Below, one piece after another: positions 1-11,435 of a stretch of 64,000 nt of DNA (its first letter is position 1; each line of letters begins with the position of its first letter). The stretch is from Bugula neritina (taxonomy: Eukaryota; Animalia; Bryozoa), in NCBI GenBank assembly GCA_964035545.1, contig OZ037768.1, positions 1,954,741 through 2,018,740 of the forward strand. Reading direction: 5' to 3'. Both the position numbers and the translations under genes were made by a program. The notes under the pieces were generated by a model, which was given only the letters and a program-made list of their open reading frames with translations, had not been told where the DNA came from and did not search any database.

Positions 1-194
1 ATGGTTTATTATTCATATATATTTTATGTTGTAAACTAAATAACAATAGACATGCAGTAGTACATATAACTTCTATAATATAACTTCTAAATGCAAAAGT
101 TGGTAATAGTGGCATAGATATAAGAAATTATACAGAATTATGAAAAATATAGTTAAAACATAGAACATAAATTAATTAGTATGGATAGAGAGGG

Positions 195-375
195 TATGAA
201 TTAAGTATGAATAAAGGGTAGATAATGTACAGATAGAAAATTACAGGCAAAGTATAGATAGAGTATAAATGGAAAATAGATGAAGTATAGATGGAGTATA
301 GATGGAGTAGGATAGGTAAAGTATAGATAAAGTATAGATAGAGTATAGAAGGAGTGTAAAAGGAGTATAGATACA
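195..375. repeat. Purine-rich low-complexity tract (degenerate GAGTATAGATA-like units)
   Basis: Repeated agtatagata/gagtatag words; explains the spurious Y/L/I-rich ORF 176..391. Confidence 0.7.
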
Positions 376-894
376 TAGTCAACATAACCAAGTCCTAACC
401 AACTATGGAGTAGTACAATGCAAGGAGATAAGACAAACTAATCAATATTTTGCTTCTCAAATATTCTAAATCAAAGCTGCCAGACATTAATTAATATTGT
501 GCTTGTTTAACAAACTATAATTATTTCTTGAGTAACACAAGTGATGCAGCTGTTAGATGGCAGAGGAGCTAAACTTTTGCTATCAGCCAACGTGTGGAGA
601 GCTTGTGTTGAAAATTTTCTAACATTTATAGGAAGTTTAGCTTGCCTTGTTGTTCCTAAATTGCCTAGTTATGCTGTTATACAGTATTATAGCAATGTGA
701 GACTTTTATAAATATAATACTCCTATGTTATTTCTCTGTAGCTTCTCCATTTAGACTATGGTTTATACTAAGTATTGCAGAATGCTAACTAAACTCTTAC
801 ACTTGGTTTGTTGACAACTTCTAAAGCATAATTTTATTTTCCAAATTTATACGATTTTCAAGCATTGGGCAAGTTTTAATACATGTCAGGGAAA

Positions 895-970
895 AATAGT
901 AGTAGAAAAGAGGGTAGTAGGAAAGAGGGTATAGTAGAAAAGAGGGTAGTAGAAAAGAGGGTTGTAGGAA
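895..970. repeat. Short tandem repeat, about 15-bp unit GTAGTAGAAAAGAGG
   Basis: About 4-5 imperfect copies visible. Confidence 0.75.
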
Positions 971-2124
971 GGAAGACAGATTGTTAGCAGGTAACACTTC
1001 TTCAAGATAGTAACTACATTCTACACTGTTCCAGCTGCGGCTATGTTGAAGCTTTATCCAGCTGACTAGCTATATAGCCAAGCTTTTGGAAAAGCCTGCC
1101 TACAACAGGGTAAATTCTTGCAGATATAAGATATGTATGTTTCTATAGTCTACACTGTATTTCTCAACTGTTAGGTGACATATATAGCTAGTTGAAGATA
1201 TTTATATCATGTCCTTTCTGTCCAGCTGCTCTGCAGCTAGTCATACATATTGATTTGAACCACTGTATTATTTTTAACTACAGAAAATGTTTATTTTTGA
1301 GCTACTTCTGTTTGTGTGACAAGGTGAGTAACATTATTTGTAATTGCAGTACAATTATGACACATTCAGTTTGTTCTAATAATTGGTGCCGTGATTAGTA
1401 TGATTTTTACTACCTATACTTGTAATATTTGTATTAAAATATGGCCACTCACATACAGGAAATCGTAGAAGTATCTAAAATATATTACAGATATAAAGCA
1501 TAGCCTTGCATCAACAAGGAGGCAGTAACACCTGGCAGTGTGTGATGAAGCAGTTGTAAGAACTCCCTGGGATGAAACTTCGTATCCTCTGAACTAAAAC
1601 TGTAAGTTCAATGTTTGTATCTCTCAAAGATATCTTTGAGGGTCAAGGTCATATACTCAGATGTGTACAGTATTATATAACTTGAATATTTTATTCAGTA
1701 CTTTCATAATGTAGCCTATATCAGCTCACAATGTTGGCACATATTTCTGCATTATGGAGTTGTCTGCCTTATTGCATCAGTTCGTTCTGATTAATTTAAA
1801 AGGAAGATAACTCTACTAAGAAAAACTGCAATATGACTCATCTCTAGTTAAGGTAATACTATTATAATGTACAATAATATATAGCTGTGAATATCTGCCA
1901 CAGATATAAAACATTTTTTAACAAACAGAAACTTGGAAATTTTGCTCAGTAGACATGTGACCTACAAACTATTGACCTGCTACAGGCAGCAAGTGGATCT
2001 AAACGCAGTATTTGTGTTCTGAAAATTAGTCACCATCATCTCAAATTTCTAAGCTTACATGTAAAGATTGATGGACTATAAAACAAAGCACAGAATGAGA
2101 CACTGAACTTCTAACTTCTAGGAA

Positions 2125-2277
2125 TGGAGTAGGTAGGGGTGGAGTAGGTAGGAGTGGAGTAGGTAGGAGTGGAGTAGGTAGGGGTGGAGTAGGTAGGAGT
2201 GGAGTAGGTAGGGGTGGAGTAGGTAGGAGTGGAGTAGGTAGGAGTGGAGTATAGGTAGGGGTGGAGTAGGTAGGGGG
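2125..2277. repeat. G-rich minisatellite, 15-bp unit GGAGTAGGTAGG(A/G)GT
   Basis: About 10 copies; produces the PTPLL/PTPPL repeat in ORF 2041..2394. Confidence 0.9.
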
Positions 2278-4219
2278 CAGGAAGAGCGGGTAAATCAGAC
2301 AGGTATATGAGAACAGGTGCAAGTGAAATAAGGTGAATTTATTATATTCACTAGGCTTGGATACTAAGAAAATTTTATAGTTTGACCTGCACACAATAGC
2401 TGTAGTTTAAACATAGAGTTGTCTTCTCTTACATATTTCAACAGTGCAGCTCTAAACTACACACATATAATTGTATTATACGCAGTAAACGGTATAAGCG
2501 TTTAATCTTTGCTTTATTTATGAAGCAGGTTAAAATTTTCATACTTATAAACTTGCTAATGGTAAAATCATTAAATTGCAGGGAATTTATCCCAACATGT
2601 GTAAAAGTTTAGACTTGCTTAGAAAAGCTTATAATTACAATAGTAGCAGTATAATTTTTACCCAAAGAGTGTATATAATATATAGCTGTGGTATCCATGA
2701 CTCAGGGTACACTGCAACATTAGGCTATTCCAGTTTTTCAGTTTAACACAAACTTCCTACTTGCATTTAAGGAAAATTCTAGACAAGCTATTAGCAGTCT
2801 ATTTCCAACAATAATGACTACCAAACCACGTAAAGCATCTAAATAAAAACCAGTGGCAAGGTTATACGTGTGTAATTAGGTTTGGATGCAATTACAGGCA
2901 GCATTATTGATGAGTGACTTTGCTGCCGCTGCTGTTTGCAGCCGTAAAAGTATATGACTTGTACAACTGATGTCAATGACATGTCGAGACTGACAAAAAA
3001 TATGCTGCCTTGGAAATGCTGGCCTGGAAAAATAAAAGAATGTATGGGATATGAATTCATGCAGCAGCAGCAATGTGTGCAAGAGAGAGTGAAAATAATT
3101 AGAACTGTTTGATCTTAATATCCTAGAATTATGAAGCTAATTATTAAATGATTAACTCCACTATCTGAGCCATATGAATAGATTATGAGCAACATGGACA
3201 AGCATGCTACACTACATAACCAGTGTTCTGTGTTTACTGGGTGCTTCTGCCCCCCCCCCCCCTAAATCTTTATGAGCAGGTTGAGTGAAAACATTTAGTG
3301 TACAATACCACACATTGCATATGACTCTTATTCATTACAACTGCTTGAAAAAATTTACTTCTTTTTAATAAATGTAGAGGAAATAATGTTTAAAAAGTTT
3401 AAAATGCAACCATTGCTTTTTAAAAAAAGAGTTTTAGCAAAACAATGGTAGTTATTTAGGGTGGGGTGTGAAACCAGCCTCTAGAAATGACAGTTGAGAA
3501 TTTAAGCACGCTGTTACAGCTACTTTCTTACACACAGCTATTTTGTTACAAGCTAAAAGCTTTGTGAAACTAACAGCTTTTACTTCTGATAAAGTGCATA
3601 GAGTTAGCTAAAATAGCTCTCAGCTGTTGTTATTGATTAGGAAATGTGGATTAATTGATTATTAAAAACGTTTTTCAGATAATTATCAATTATGCAAGAC
3701 AGGAGTTCAAGCTTAATTTTACTATTTTCATGATTGAGGAGTAGCCTAAATGTTGAATCACCATCTACTGGCTATATACAGTCATTAGAGAATAAATTAA
3801 CTTAAAAACCAACTTTATATCCAATTTTTAAAAGGTTTTCAGCATTTTTTATATAAAAAATTGAGTTTTACTCATATTACTTGACAGCTGGTATGATATG
3901 TACATTCTAAAAATATACTATTCTATGCTATGCTAAATAATAAGTAAACAGTTCTACAAAAATATTTTTCTGATAAGATAGAGTTTATTATTCCGAGGTC
4001 AACTCAGTTAACCTCAAACTTTCTAGAGTAACATAGAACTGCTGATAGGCAAAAAATCTTGAAAAATAAAAAGTTTGGCCTTACTTTTTAAATACTCAAG
4101 TTCTGTTGATTTATTACATAAGAATTAGCAACTTTTGAAGTAAAAATGTACTCAAAACATGTTCAGTTAACTCGATAAAGTACAACTGCATACACAAATT
4201 ATAAATGACTCTAGGAGTA

Positions 4220-5644
4220 TTAGTTTTTGGGACAGATTAAACTAATAGTTTTGGAATTAGACTGCCTGACAGTACTGGCTGAAGCAGAGAGCTCATGGTT
4301 ATAATAGTTAGCAAAGTTTGACACAACTACAGGCACCAGAAGAGCAATAGTAATGACTCCTGACACAACACATACTGAACCTACAAGTTTCCCTAGGATT
4401 CCTTTAGGTGTCACATCACCGTAACCCACAGTACACATGGTTATTATAGTCAGCCAAAATCCATCTGGTATGCTGCCAATATTCTGTGATCCTGTGTCAA
4501 ACATGTCAGCGTAATAGATTGCTGCCGAGAAGAAGATGACGGCTATTCCGAGGAACAGACCAAATAAGTACAACTCCTGGAGGCTCTTCTTGATGGTCAG
4601 TCCAAGAATCTGCATGCCTCTCGAATGCTTCGTGAGTTTAAATATCCTGAAAGCCCGGAAGAGCCGGAGAACCCGTAAGAACACCACTGATGTGCTGGAG
4701 CGCTTAGTATCATCACAGCTGCCAGAAATATACACGACTCCAATGATAATGTAGAAAGGTAGTATAGCACCAATGTCAAATAAATTCATCCAGGATCTTA
4801 CGTATTGCTGGTAGGAAGGCGTTGAGCAGACTCGTAGTATGAGCTCCACGGTGAACCAAATAGCGCACACACACTCAATGATGAAGAATAAACTCGTTAC
4901 ATTTAGAGTCTCTAGTGGTTGTTGAACTCCGTCATCGTATACCAGCGTGGAGTTGTCCACCACACACATCTCCCTTGCATATTTAGGAACGGACTCTAAG
5001 CAGAAATTGACGATTGAGAGCAAGATTATAAAAAGTGACAGAATTCCGGCTATGTTTGCTGCTGACGAACTGCTGGGATATTCCAGGAGTAGCCACAGCT
5101 CTCGCTGCCATTTGTATTTCGGCAGCAGCACGTCATCTTCTGGGATGAAACCGTTTCTGACTTTAAATTCCTTGAGCACTTCCTGACCGAGCTGATAGAA
5201 GTCGAGTTCTCTCAGGAATACATCCTCAGGGATGTCGTCTGGTCGGTATAGAATTCCTCCACTTTGGTAATAATACAGGACCGCACCAAATGTAGGCGCG
5301 TGCTGATTGATATAATAGACTCGTTTGTCAGCGTCCCAGTAGAGACGTCGTTTCACAGGGTTACCGAGCAGAGTGTTGGGGTACCTGTTGAGCGTCCCTA
5401 ACTGTGTCTCAAACATGTGACCACTCACACTAATGTGCAGTCGTTTGCATTGTCCGTTGGCACAATTGTGTTGTAGTTTAGACTTTCCTGGAACCAGATC
5501 AACTTCCTGTTCGTACTTACAGCTGTCCTGAGGCAGAGCTGAAATATCCAAGTCATGAGGTTCGTACCGGTTGGGTAGGTTGGAGATTGTGTACTCAGGC
5601 TCAAACGTAGGTGAGCCGAGAGTGCCCACATTAGCAAAGTGCAT
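4220..5644 (-). CDS. Intronless Shaker/Kv1-family voltage-gated K+ channel subunit, divergent (474 aa)
   Basis: T1 domain (FETQLGTL..YPNTLLG..LYYYQSGG), S1 EYPSSS, S4 LRVLRLFRAFRIFKLTKHSRG, filter TVGYGD, S6 ..VVSNF. In-frame stop (TGA 5657-5659) just upstream of the ATG. Confidence 0.95.
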   Translation of the reverse strand: MHFANVGTLGSPTFEPEYTISNLPNRYEPHDLDISALPQDSCKYEQEVDLVPGKSKLQHNCANGQCKRLHISVSGHMFETQLGTLNRYPNTLLGNPVKRRLYWDADKRVYYINQHAPTFGAVLYYYQSGGILYRPDDIPEDVFLRELDFYQLGQEVLKEFKVRNGFIPEDDVLLPKYKWQRELWLLLEYPSSSSAANIAGILSLFIILLSIVNFCLESVPKYAREMCVVDNSTLVYDDGVQQPLETLNVTSLFFIIECVCAIWFTVELILRVCSTPSYQQYVRSWMNLFDIGAILPFYIIIGVVYISGSCDDTKRSSTSVVFLRVLRLFRAFRIFKLTKHSRGMQILGLTIKKSLQELYLFGLFLGIAVIFFSAAIYYADMFDTGSQNIGSIPDGFWLTIITMCTVGYGDVTPKGILGKLVGSVCVVSGVITIALLVPVVVSNFANYYNHELSASASTVRQSNSKTISLICPKN

Positions 5645-6546
5645 AATGTCAAGTAGTCAGACAGACTCGCTGTTACATCTCATCAATATATTCCCTAATT
5701 GATATCAATTGTTCACAATTGGTGCTCTCACTCGCTGTGCAACATGCCTACTGCACGCTAATGCAAAGCTAACGTGTTGATGATTTTTAAAATGCACTGC
5801 AGTAAGCTAATGTGCTGTGCCTTTACACCCTCATAACACTCGCATTAGTATCAATATGAATATATAGCAACAATTATTTGAATACGTATATCTTTATCCA
5901 AAATACATTTCCTGAGAATGCTGAAAGCATAATATATGCCACTTTAGCGCCATTGAATGAGCATAGCTGCTTGATAATAGTATTGAAGAGCCTAGAAATC
6001 TCACAAATAATGATAATAAATAGAGAGTATTTGATTATCTGCCCATCAACCTCCTAAATATTATGGGAGTAGCTCATCATGTAAAGGGCTTAGCAGAGGG
6101 AAACTTTATTTTAGGGAGCCCACCTAATCAATAGATGTGCAGAGCTTTTAGAGTATAGAAAGTATATTCACTTATAATACTTGATGAAATAATGATGAAG
6201 GTTACTAGAGGTCTTCCACCATCAAGCCTTTTCTATCTCTATTTGCAATGAATATATGAAAGAGAAGAGATTATTCCAAGATATGCAGAAAGGAATGTGT
6301 CCTATAAATATACTGTGTAAAGTTAAACACCTTTCTTAGACACTTTCTACATGTGAAATGATTATATGGTTTTTTGCAGAATTCAAAGCATTGCTAGCTA
6401 AAATTAACTGGTCTCAAGTTTTCTGGTAATTAGATGGAAGAATATTGTGAGAGTGATATATATTCTTGTTTTTCTATGTTGTTTCAAGAAATTATATTTG
6501 CTATTTCAAATGGTACTTTACTGTTACTTGTAGAAGGTGTACAGTG

Positions 6547-9500
6547 TTACAATCCTTTCACACTCCATGGTGAAACAAATTCACGGTAACTTGAAGGTAA
6601 GATATGATGGAGTCTGGTTAACAAGTATAATGACTCACTTGGATAGAAATACTGGTCAGCATGTTTCTACTTAGCCTACCATACATTTAGCTATGAATAT
6701 CTCACAATACAACGATTATCTTATTGTTTAGCCTTGATTTTCATAAATTCCAACATCATCAAATACTTGGCCCTAATTTACTATTTGAACATAAACATGG
6801 GCTACTGGCCTTACAAAATATTTATATCAAAAATAATTTAATTTTATCACACCAATAGAGCTCATGCAAAGGGATTTGAACAGATTTAGTAGTGAAATTG
6901 CAAAGTGTTACAAGACACTTTATGTACATGAATACCACAGTTATATTTGATGTATACTTGGGCTTGTTCATCGTATAATTGGATATAAATTAGCAACAAA
7001 AATGTGCACAAAAATATGTAATAAACTAAACTACATGAATTAATATGAGATTTGAGCATAGAAATTGCATAAGATATGAAATACAAAATAAACAAGTAAA
7101 AGTTTACAAAAGTAAAAGTTATTTCGCAAGACATGTCCGCCATTGTTCTACAATACTAAATACTATAGTTTGGTATTAATATCAGTGATAGTGAAGACAT
7201 TTACTGGAGACATCAATGCTTTCTGCATTGTCCTCTAGATATTAGGTCCTCGGTGCATTGCCAATTCCTAGCACTGTCTTATTACTCCCCATTCCGTATT
7301 TTCCAACTAAAAACAGTGTTTAGACAATTAAACATCATATTTAAAATATATGCGAAAATGTTACACAATGCATTAAACAGAGAATTCCTTATCGAAAAGG
7401 AAATGACTCTATCAAGGAAAACCAACCAGCAGTAGTATAAACTACTACATCCGCGAAATGATAGAAATGTCCGAGCCTCAGCTTGCAGTAAGAACCATAA
7501 ACCATTTTTACACATGAGAAAAAAACTACACATTGCATCTTAGTTCAGCATTTTATTAATTTATTTTCAAGAATTAAAATTTGAGCAACACGACTCTCAC
7601 AGATTGAGTGCAAGGAGTTAAGCTAGGTGTATAACTGATAGAAATAATAGAGCAGTGCAGGAGGAAGGGTTGAAAGTTGCTCCATCACCACGGTAACCAC
7701 TCATCAAGGATACATGCCTGGTTGTTTATAATCAAAGTGAACAACTGTTCTATATACTGTACAAGAGAAGCAAGTATACAGGTAAAGTGTGTGCAATGAG
7801 AGTGTGTGAAGTACAACTATAATGCAGTACAACTGTACAAGTATCTACTACATTGTCTATGTGCCATGATTCACGAGTCTACAAAATGGTGGGCGGAGTT
7901 ACCTGTCATCCAGGCCTTTCACTATGGCATCTTATAACAAATAAAATTAGTTGATACACACAAGTAGCTACTAGCATTTAGCTCTAAGTACATGATTACA
8001 CAAGTTCAACACTAGAAAAGTGGCAATTGTCTTCTTTATGTTTGGAGAGAGACAACTTCTATCAGACTAAAAATTCTATTTAACTACGGATAAAATAACA
8101 TTACAATGTTAACAGAACTAATTGCATATTTTTAAAAATGCTAAAGACAATAAGTAAAGAAAGGACAAACCTTGAGCAATAGGCAAGTACCAGGAGTCAA
8201 CCACTCCTTAAATCTGTATTATAATTTAATAACATTTGCTATTTGAAATGACACTTTCCACTGGTAAGCAGTTGGCACATGGTATGTATCAAGTAAGACA
8301 ATGTAGACAATGTAATAAGGGCAGAAAACTCACATGGAGTGGGTTTGGGTCGATCAATCAGCCAATACTGAAAGCCCTCCCTCGCTCTCTGGTTATAGCT
8401 GGACCTGAGGGAATCCCTGTACTGTTTGACAGACTTGGGTCTTGTGTGGTGATAACTCCCAGGCTTTACTGTGTAGTTTCTGCTCATAACTGCCTCAAAG
8501 TGGTCGACTGTCGGGGATAAATATACATGTAAGAATCAGTAATATAATATAAGCATATTATATATGAGCTGATACAAGCATTATATATATATGGTATAAT
8601 ATAAACATATAATAAGTAATATAACCACATAGAATATGATATAATGTAAACATATAACATAATATAACCATAGCATTGCAGTGACATGGAAAGCCAGTGA
8701 GTGATAACACAACACGATAAGAAATCTCACCTGTAGCTGGAAGAGCTGACTTCACCCTCTCAGTGGCCTAAAAAAAGTTTGAAATGTTAGGCTTACATGA
8801 CAAAGTATTCATAAGCAAGAAATGTGTATTTTACCTTTTGAACCCAGAGTCAGTAAACACTAATACCAATTCATTCATTAAGAATAATTCCTGGAGTATT
8901 TTCTCAGCTATTGAGCAAAACAGTTTGGTCCCAGAATAAACAGCAAAAAATGTAGTGAATGGATTCAACAAAATACAGAATACAGCATGTTCACATACAC
9001 AGACACAAATTTAGACAACATAGATATTCAGTAGACACACAACACATTATATATTCACCACTTTCTATACACCGAGTAGAGAAACATACCCGTATCTTCA
9101 TCTTGGTCCAGTGGTCTGTGGGACCAGCTGCATTCCTCACTGCATCGTATCGGGACCAGAAAGTCATCCTACAAACAAAGGAAGGAGACATCAAAGGCAC
9201 CGCCAGTGATTTCTAGAAGTAGTTAAGTCAACGCAACACTGGGAACAGGGAGTAGAATGAATAGCAGTGAGGCAGCACCTGGTATAATTAGCAGTAATTG
9301 TGTTTGTTAGGTCAGCAAATTATTCCAACTTACTTGGTGACTTAATAGAGCAGTTTGTGTAACTATTAATAGAGTGACAATTAGGAGGGTTATTGGAGAT
9401 ACTGTTGTCCATAAGAAGATACAATTAGATACAATATAATGATATAATATAATACAATAAAATGAATACTATTGATGGGCATTAGCTATGCATGACAATG

Positions 9501-10669
9501 GTGATAGACAATCCAATAGTAAACACCCAATCAATATTGGACATGACTACTGTAGATAGGCAGCGTAAACATCATATATTATAGTGTCCTTATAATTCTG
9601 GATTTCAGGAAATTAGTTACAGAAAAAACTTAACAATTTAATAAGAATTCTCACACTTGAGTCAACTGCACTAAAACTACAGTACTGATCCCAGAAGAGA
9701 TGGAGATTGTACTGACTAACACTAGACTTGTTTATATGTAAATATAGAACATGTATAGACTAACACTAGACTAGTTTAGATGTAAATATAGAACATGTAT
9801 AGACTAACACTAGACTAGTTTAGATGTAAATATAGAACATGTATAGGCTAAAACTAAGCAGGTTTAGATGCAAATATAGAGCATGTATAGACTAACACTA
9901 ACCTAGTTTAGATGTAAATATAGAACATGTATAGACTAACACTAGACTAGTTTAGATGTAAATATAGAACATGTATAGACTAACACTAACCTAGTTTAGA
10001 TGTAAATATAGAACATGTATAGACTAACACTAGACTAGTTTAGATGTAAATATAGAACATGTATAGACTAACACTAGACTAGTTTAGATGTAAATATAGA
10101 GCATGTATAGACTAACACTAAGCAGGTTTAGATGCAAATATAGAGCATGTATAGACTAACACTAACCTGCACAGCTTATGCAAATAAAGTAACCAGGTAT
10201 GACTGAGCTGGTAGCTGCTAATGAATAATGAATTAATTCAGTCGGCATATCGGCAGCACTTGGCATTATGCAAATTTCAATTCACAACTTGAAAGCATTC
10301 TTTCACACGGATGACATAGTTTAGTGTGTATTTAAGAGATGAATAAACTCAAGGATATTAGCCACTTGAAATGGTAGGTTATTGGCATTAGGCACTGCAT
10401 CAACATCAAAGTAATCTGTGCAGAACAAGTGCATATTAACATTACTCAGTTGAGAGCTGCCATACTTATTAATTAGGAATTCAGTGCTGTGGGTTCAACC
10501 ACCCCATTACAATAGTTTAACTGACCATTGAGTTCTACAGGCTATGGTGTGTCAGAAACCAGGCTTACAGAAATGTATAAACTTACTCAGTTTTCTTAGC
10601 TTCAAAGCCAGGTCCTATATCCGGTTTGCGGGTCATAGTAGATGGGTCATCTAACTCGTGGCCAGTCAT
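6547..10669 (-). CDS. Six-exon gene for an uncharacterised 155-aa soluble protein (candidate ciliary/sperm protein)
   Basis: Exons 10669-10587, 9168-9090, 8767-8731, 8507-8334, 7930-7903, 6613-6547; all GT-AG with matching phases; 468 nt open: MTGHELDDPSTMTRKPDIGPGFEAKKTEMTFWSRYDAVRNAAGPTDHWTKMKIRATERVKSALPATVDHFEAVMSRNYTVKPGSYHHTRPKSVKQYRDSLRSSYNQRAREGFQYWLIDRPKPTPYAIVKGLDDRLHHILPSSYREFVSPWSVKGL*. The last exon is the least certain. Confidence 0.75.
9713..10168. repeat. 44-bp minisatellite (AGACTAACACTAGACTAGTTTAGATGTAAATATAGAACATGTAT), about 10 copies, in intron 1 of the 155-aa gene
   Basis: Unit starts at 9757, 9801 etc., period 44. Confidence 0.95.
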
Positions 10670-10794
10670 TTTTGTGTCTCAAGATATCAGTCTTAAAGTA
10701 CGTCTATTTTCTAGTCAACTCAGTAGGTAATTAAACTCATAAACGGCAACCCATTTGTAAAATAATGGAATATACACAGAGAGGTTGTATACTG

Positions 10795-10807
10795 GTTGCC
10801 TAGCGAT
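10795..10807. promoter_or_regulatory. RFX X-box-like element GTTGCCTAGCGAT
   Basis: 11/13 match to the X-box variant GTTGCCTAGCAAC, about 125 bp upstream of ATG 10669; GGCAAC half-site at 10745-10750. Confidence 0.6.
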
Positions 10808-11396
10808 GAGAGCTAAACTATACCAAATCAATATTTAATGTCATGTCAAATGAGTGTAAATGCAAGGGTATTGGAGATGAATATTGCAACATAATAACTC
10901 AGCAAACACTGATGTAGATACACGAGAGTATAAATAATATTTACTCATATACATCAATACTATTAGAAATAAAGAGGGTTTCTCTATGACATTGAAGGTG
11001 AAAATGGAGATTTTTGAGACCCCTGGATGGGAAATTTTGTTGATAAAATGTACACAGTCATAGGCAAAACATTATTGAAAAGATAAAATTGAAGAGTAAA
11101 AAAAGAAAAAAAAAACTCCCTTAACATGGAACACATAAAACACTTCCACAAAACTAAAATCTTCTATGTAAAAGATTAAAAAGTTTTGCACTAGAATATA
11201 TACGAGATTTAAAGTTTTACCCTCGACTGAATGGCAAACATATTCTCAGTTTTCTGCTGCTACTTCTTCAGTAATTGACACAAAACTTACAATAGAAACT
11301 AGAAGTACATGGCAACACCAATAAACAGATGTCAGGGCGTGAAATATTAGCTTAGTTATAGATGAGCACCAACCGAGAAATTTCTAGAAGAGAGGA

Positions 11397-11398
<2 letters not shown>

Positions 11399-11432
<34 letters not shown>
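11399..11432. repeat. (AT)17 microsatellite
   Basis: Perfect dinucleotide run. Confidence 0.95.

Positions 11433-11435
<3 letters not shown>

Noticed and set aside
1542-1592. C/D-box snoRNA-like pair GTGATGA..CTGA
   Set aside because: Only about 50 nt long, with no convincing terminal stem or identifiable guide; needs snoscan/Infernal.
2041-2394. 117-aa ORF with PTPLL repeats
   Set aside because: It is the translation of a 15-bp minisatellite, with no exon context.
4536-5186. Plus-strand ORFs inside the Kv1 gene (and similar shadow ORFs over UFD1, CaMKK, SFXN)
   Set aside because: Antisense shadows of real coding exons.
9713-10168. Regular 44-bp repeats resembling a CRISPR array (also 14921-15090)
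   Set aside because: Head-to-tail units without unique spacers, eukaryotic context and no cas genes.
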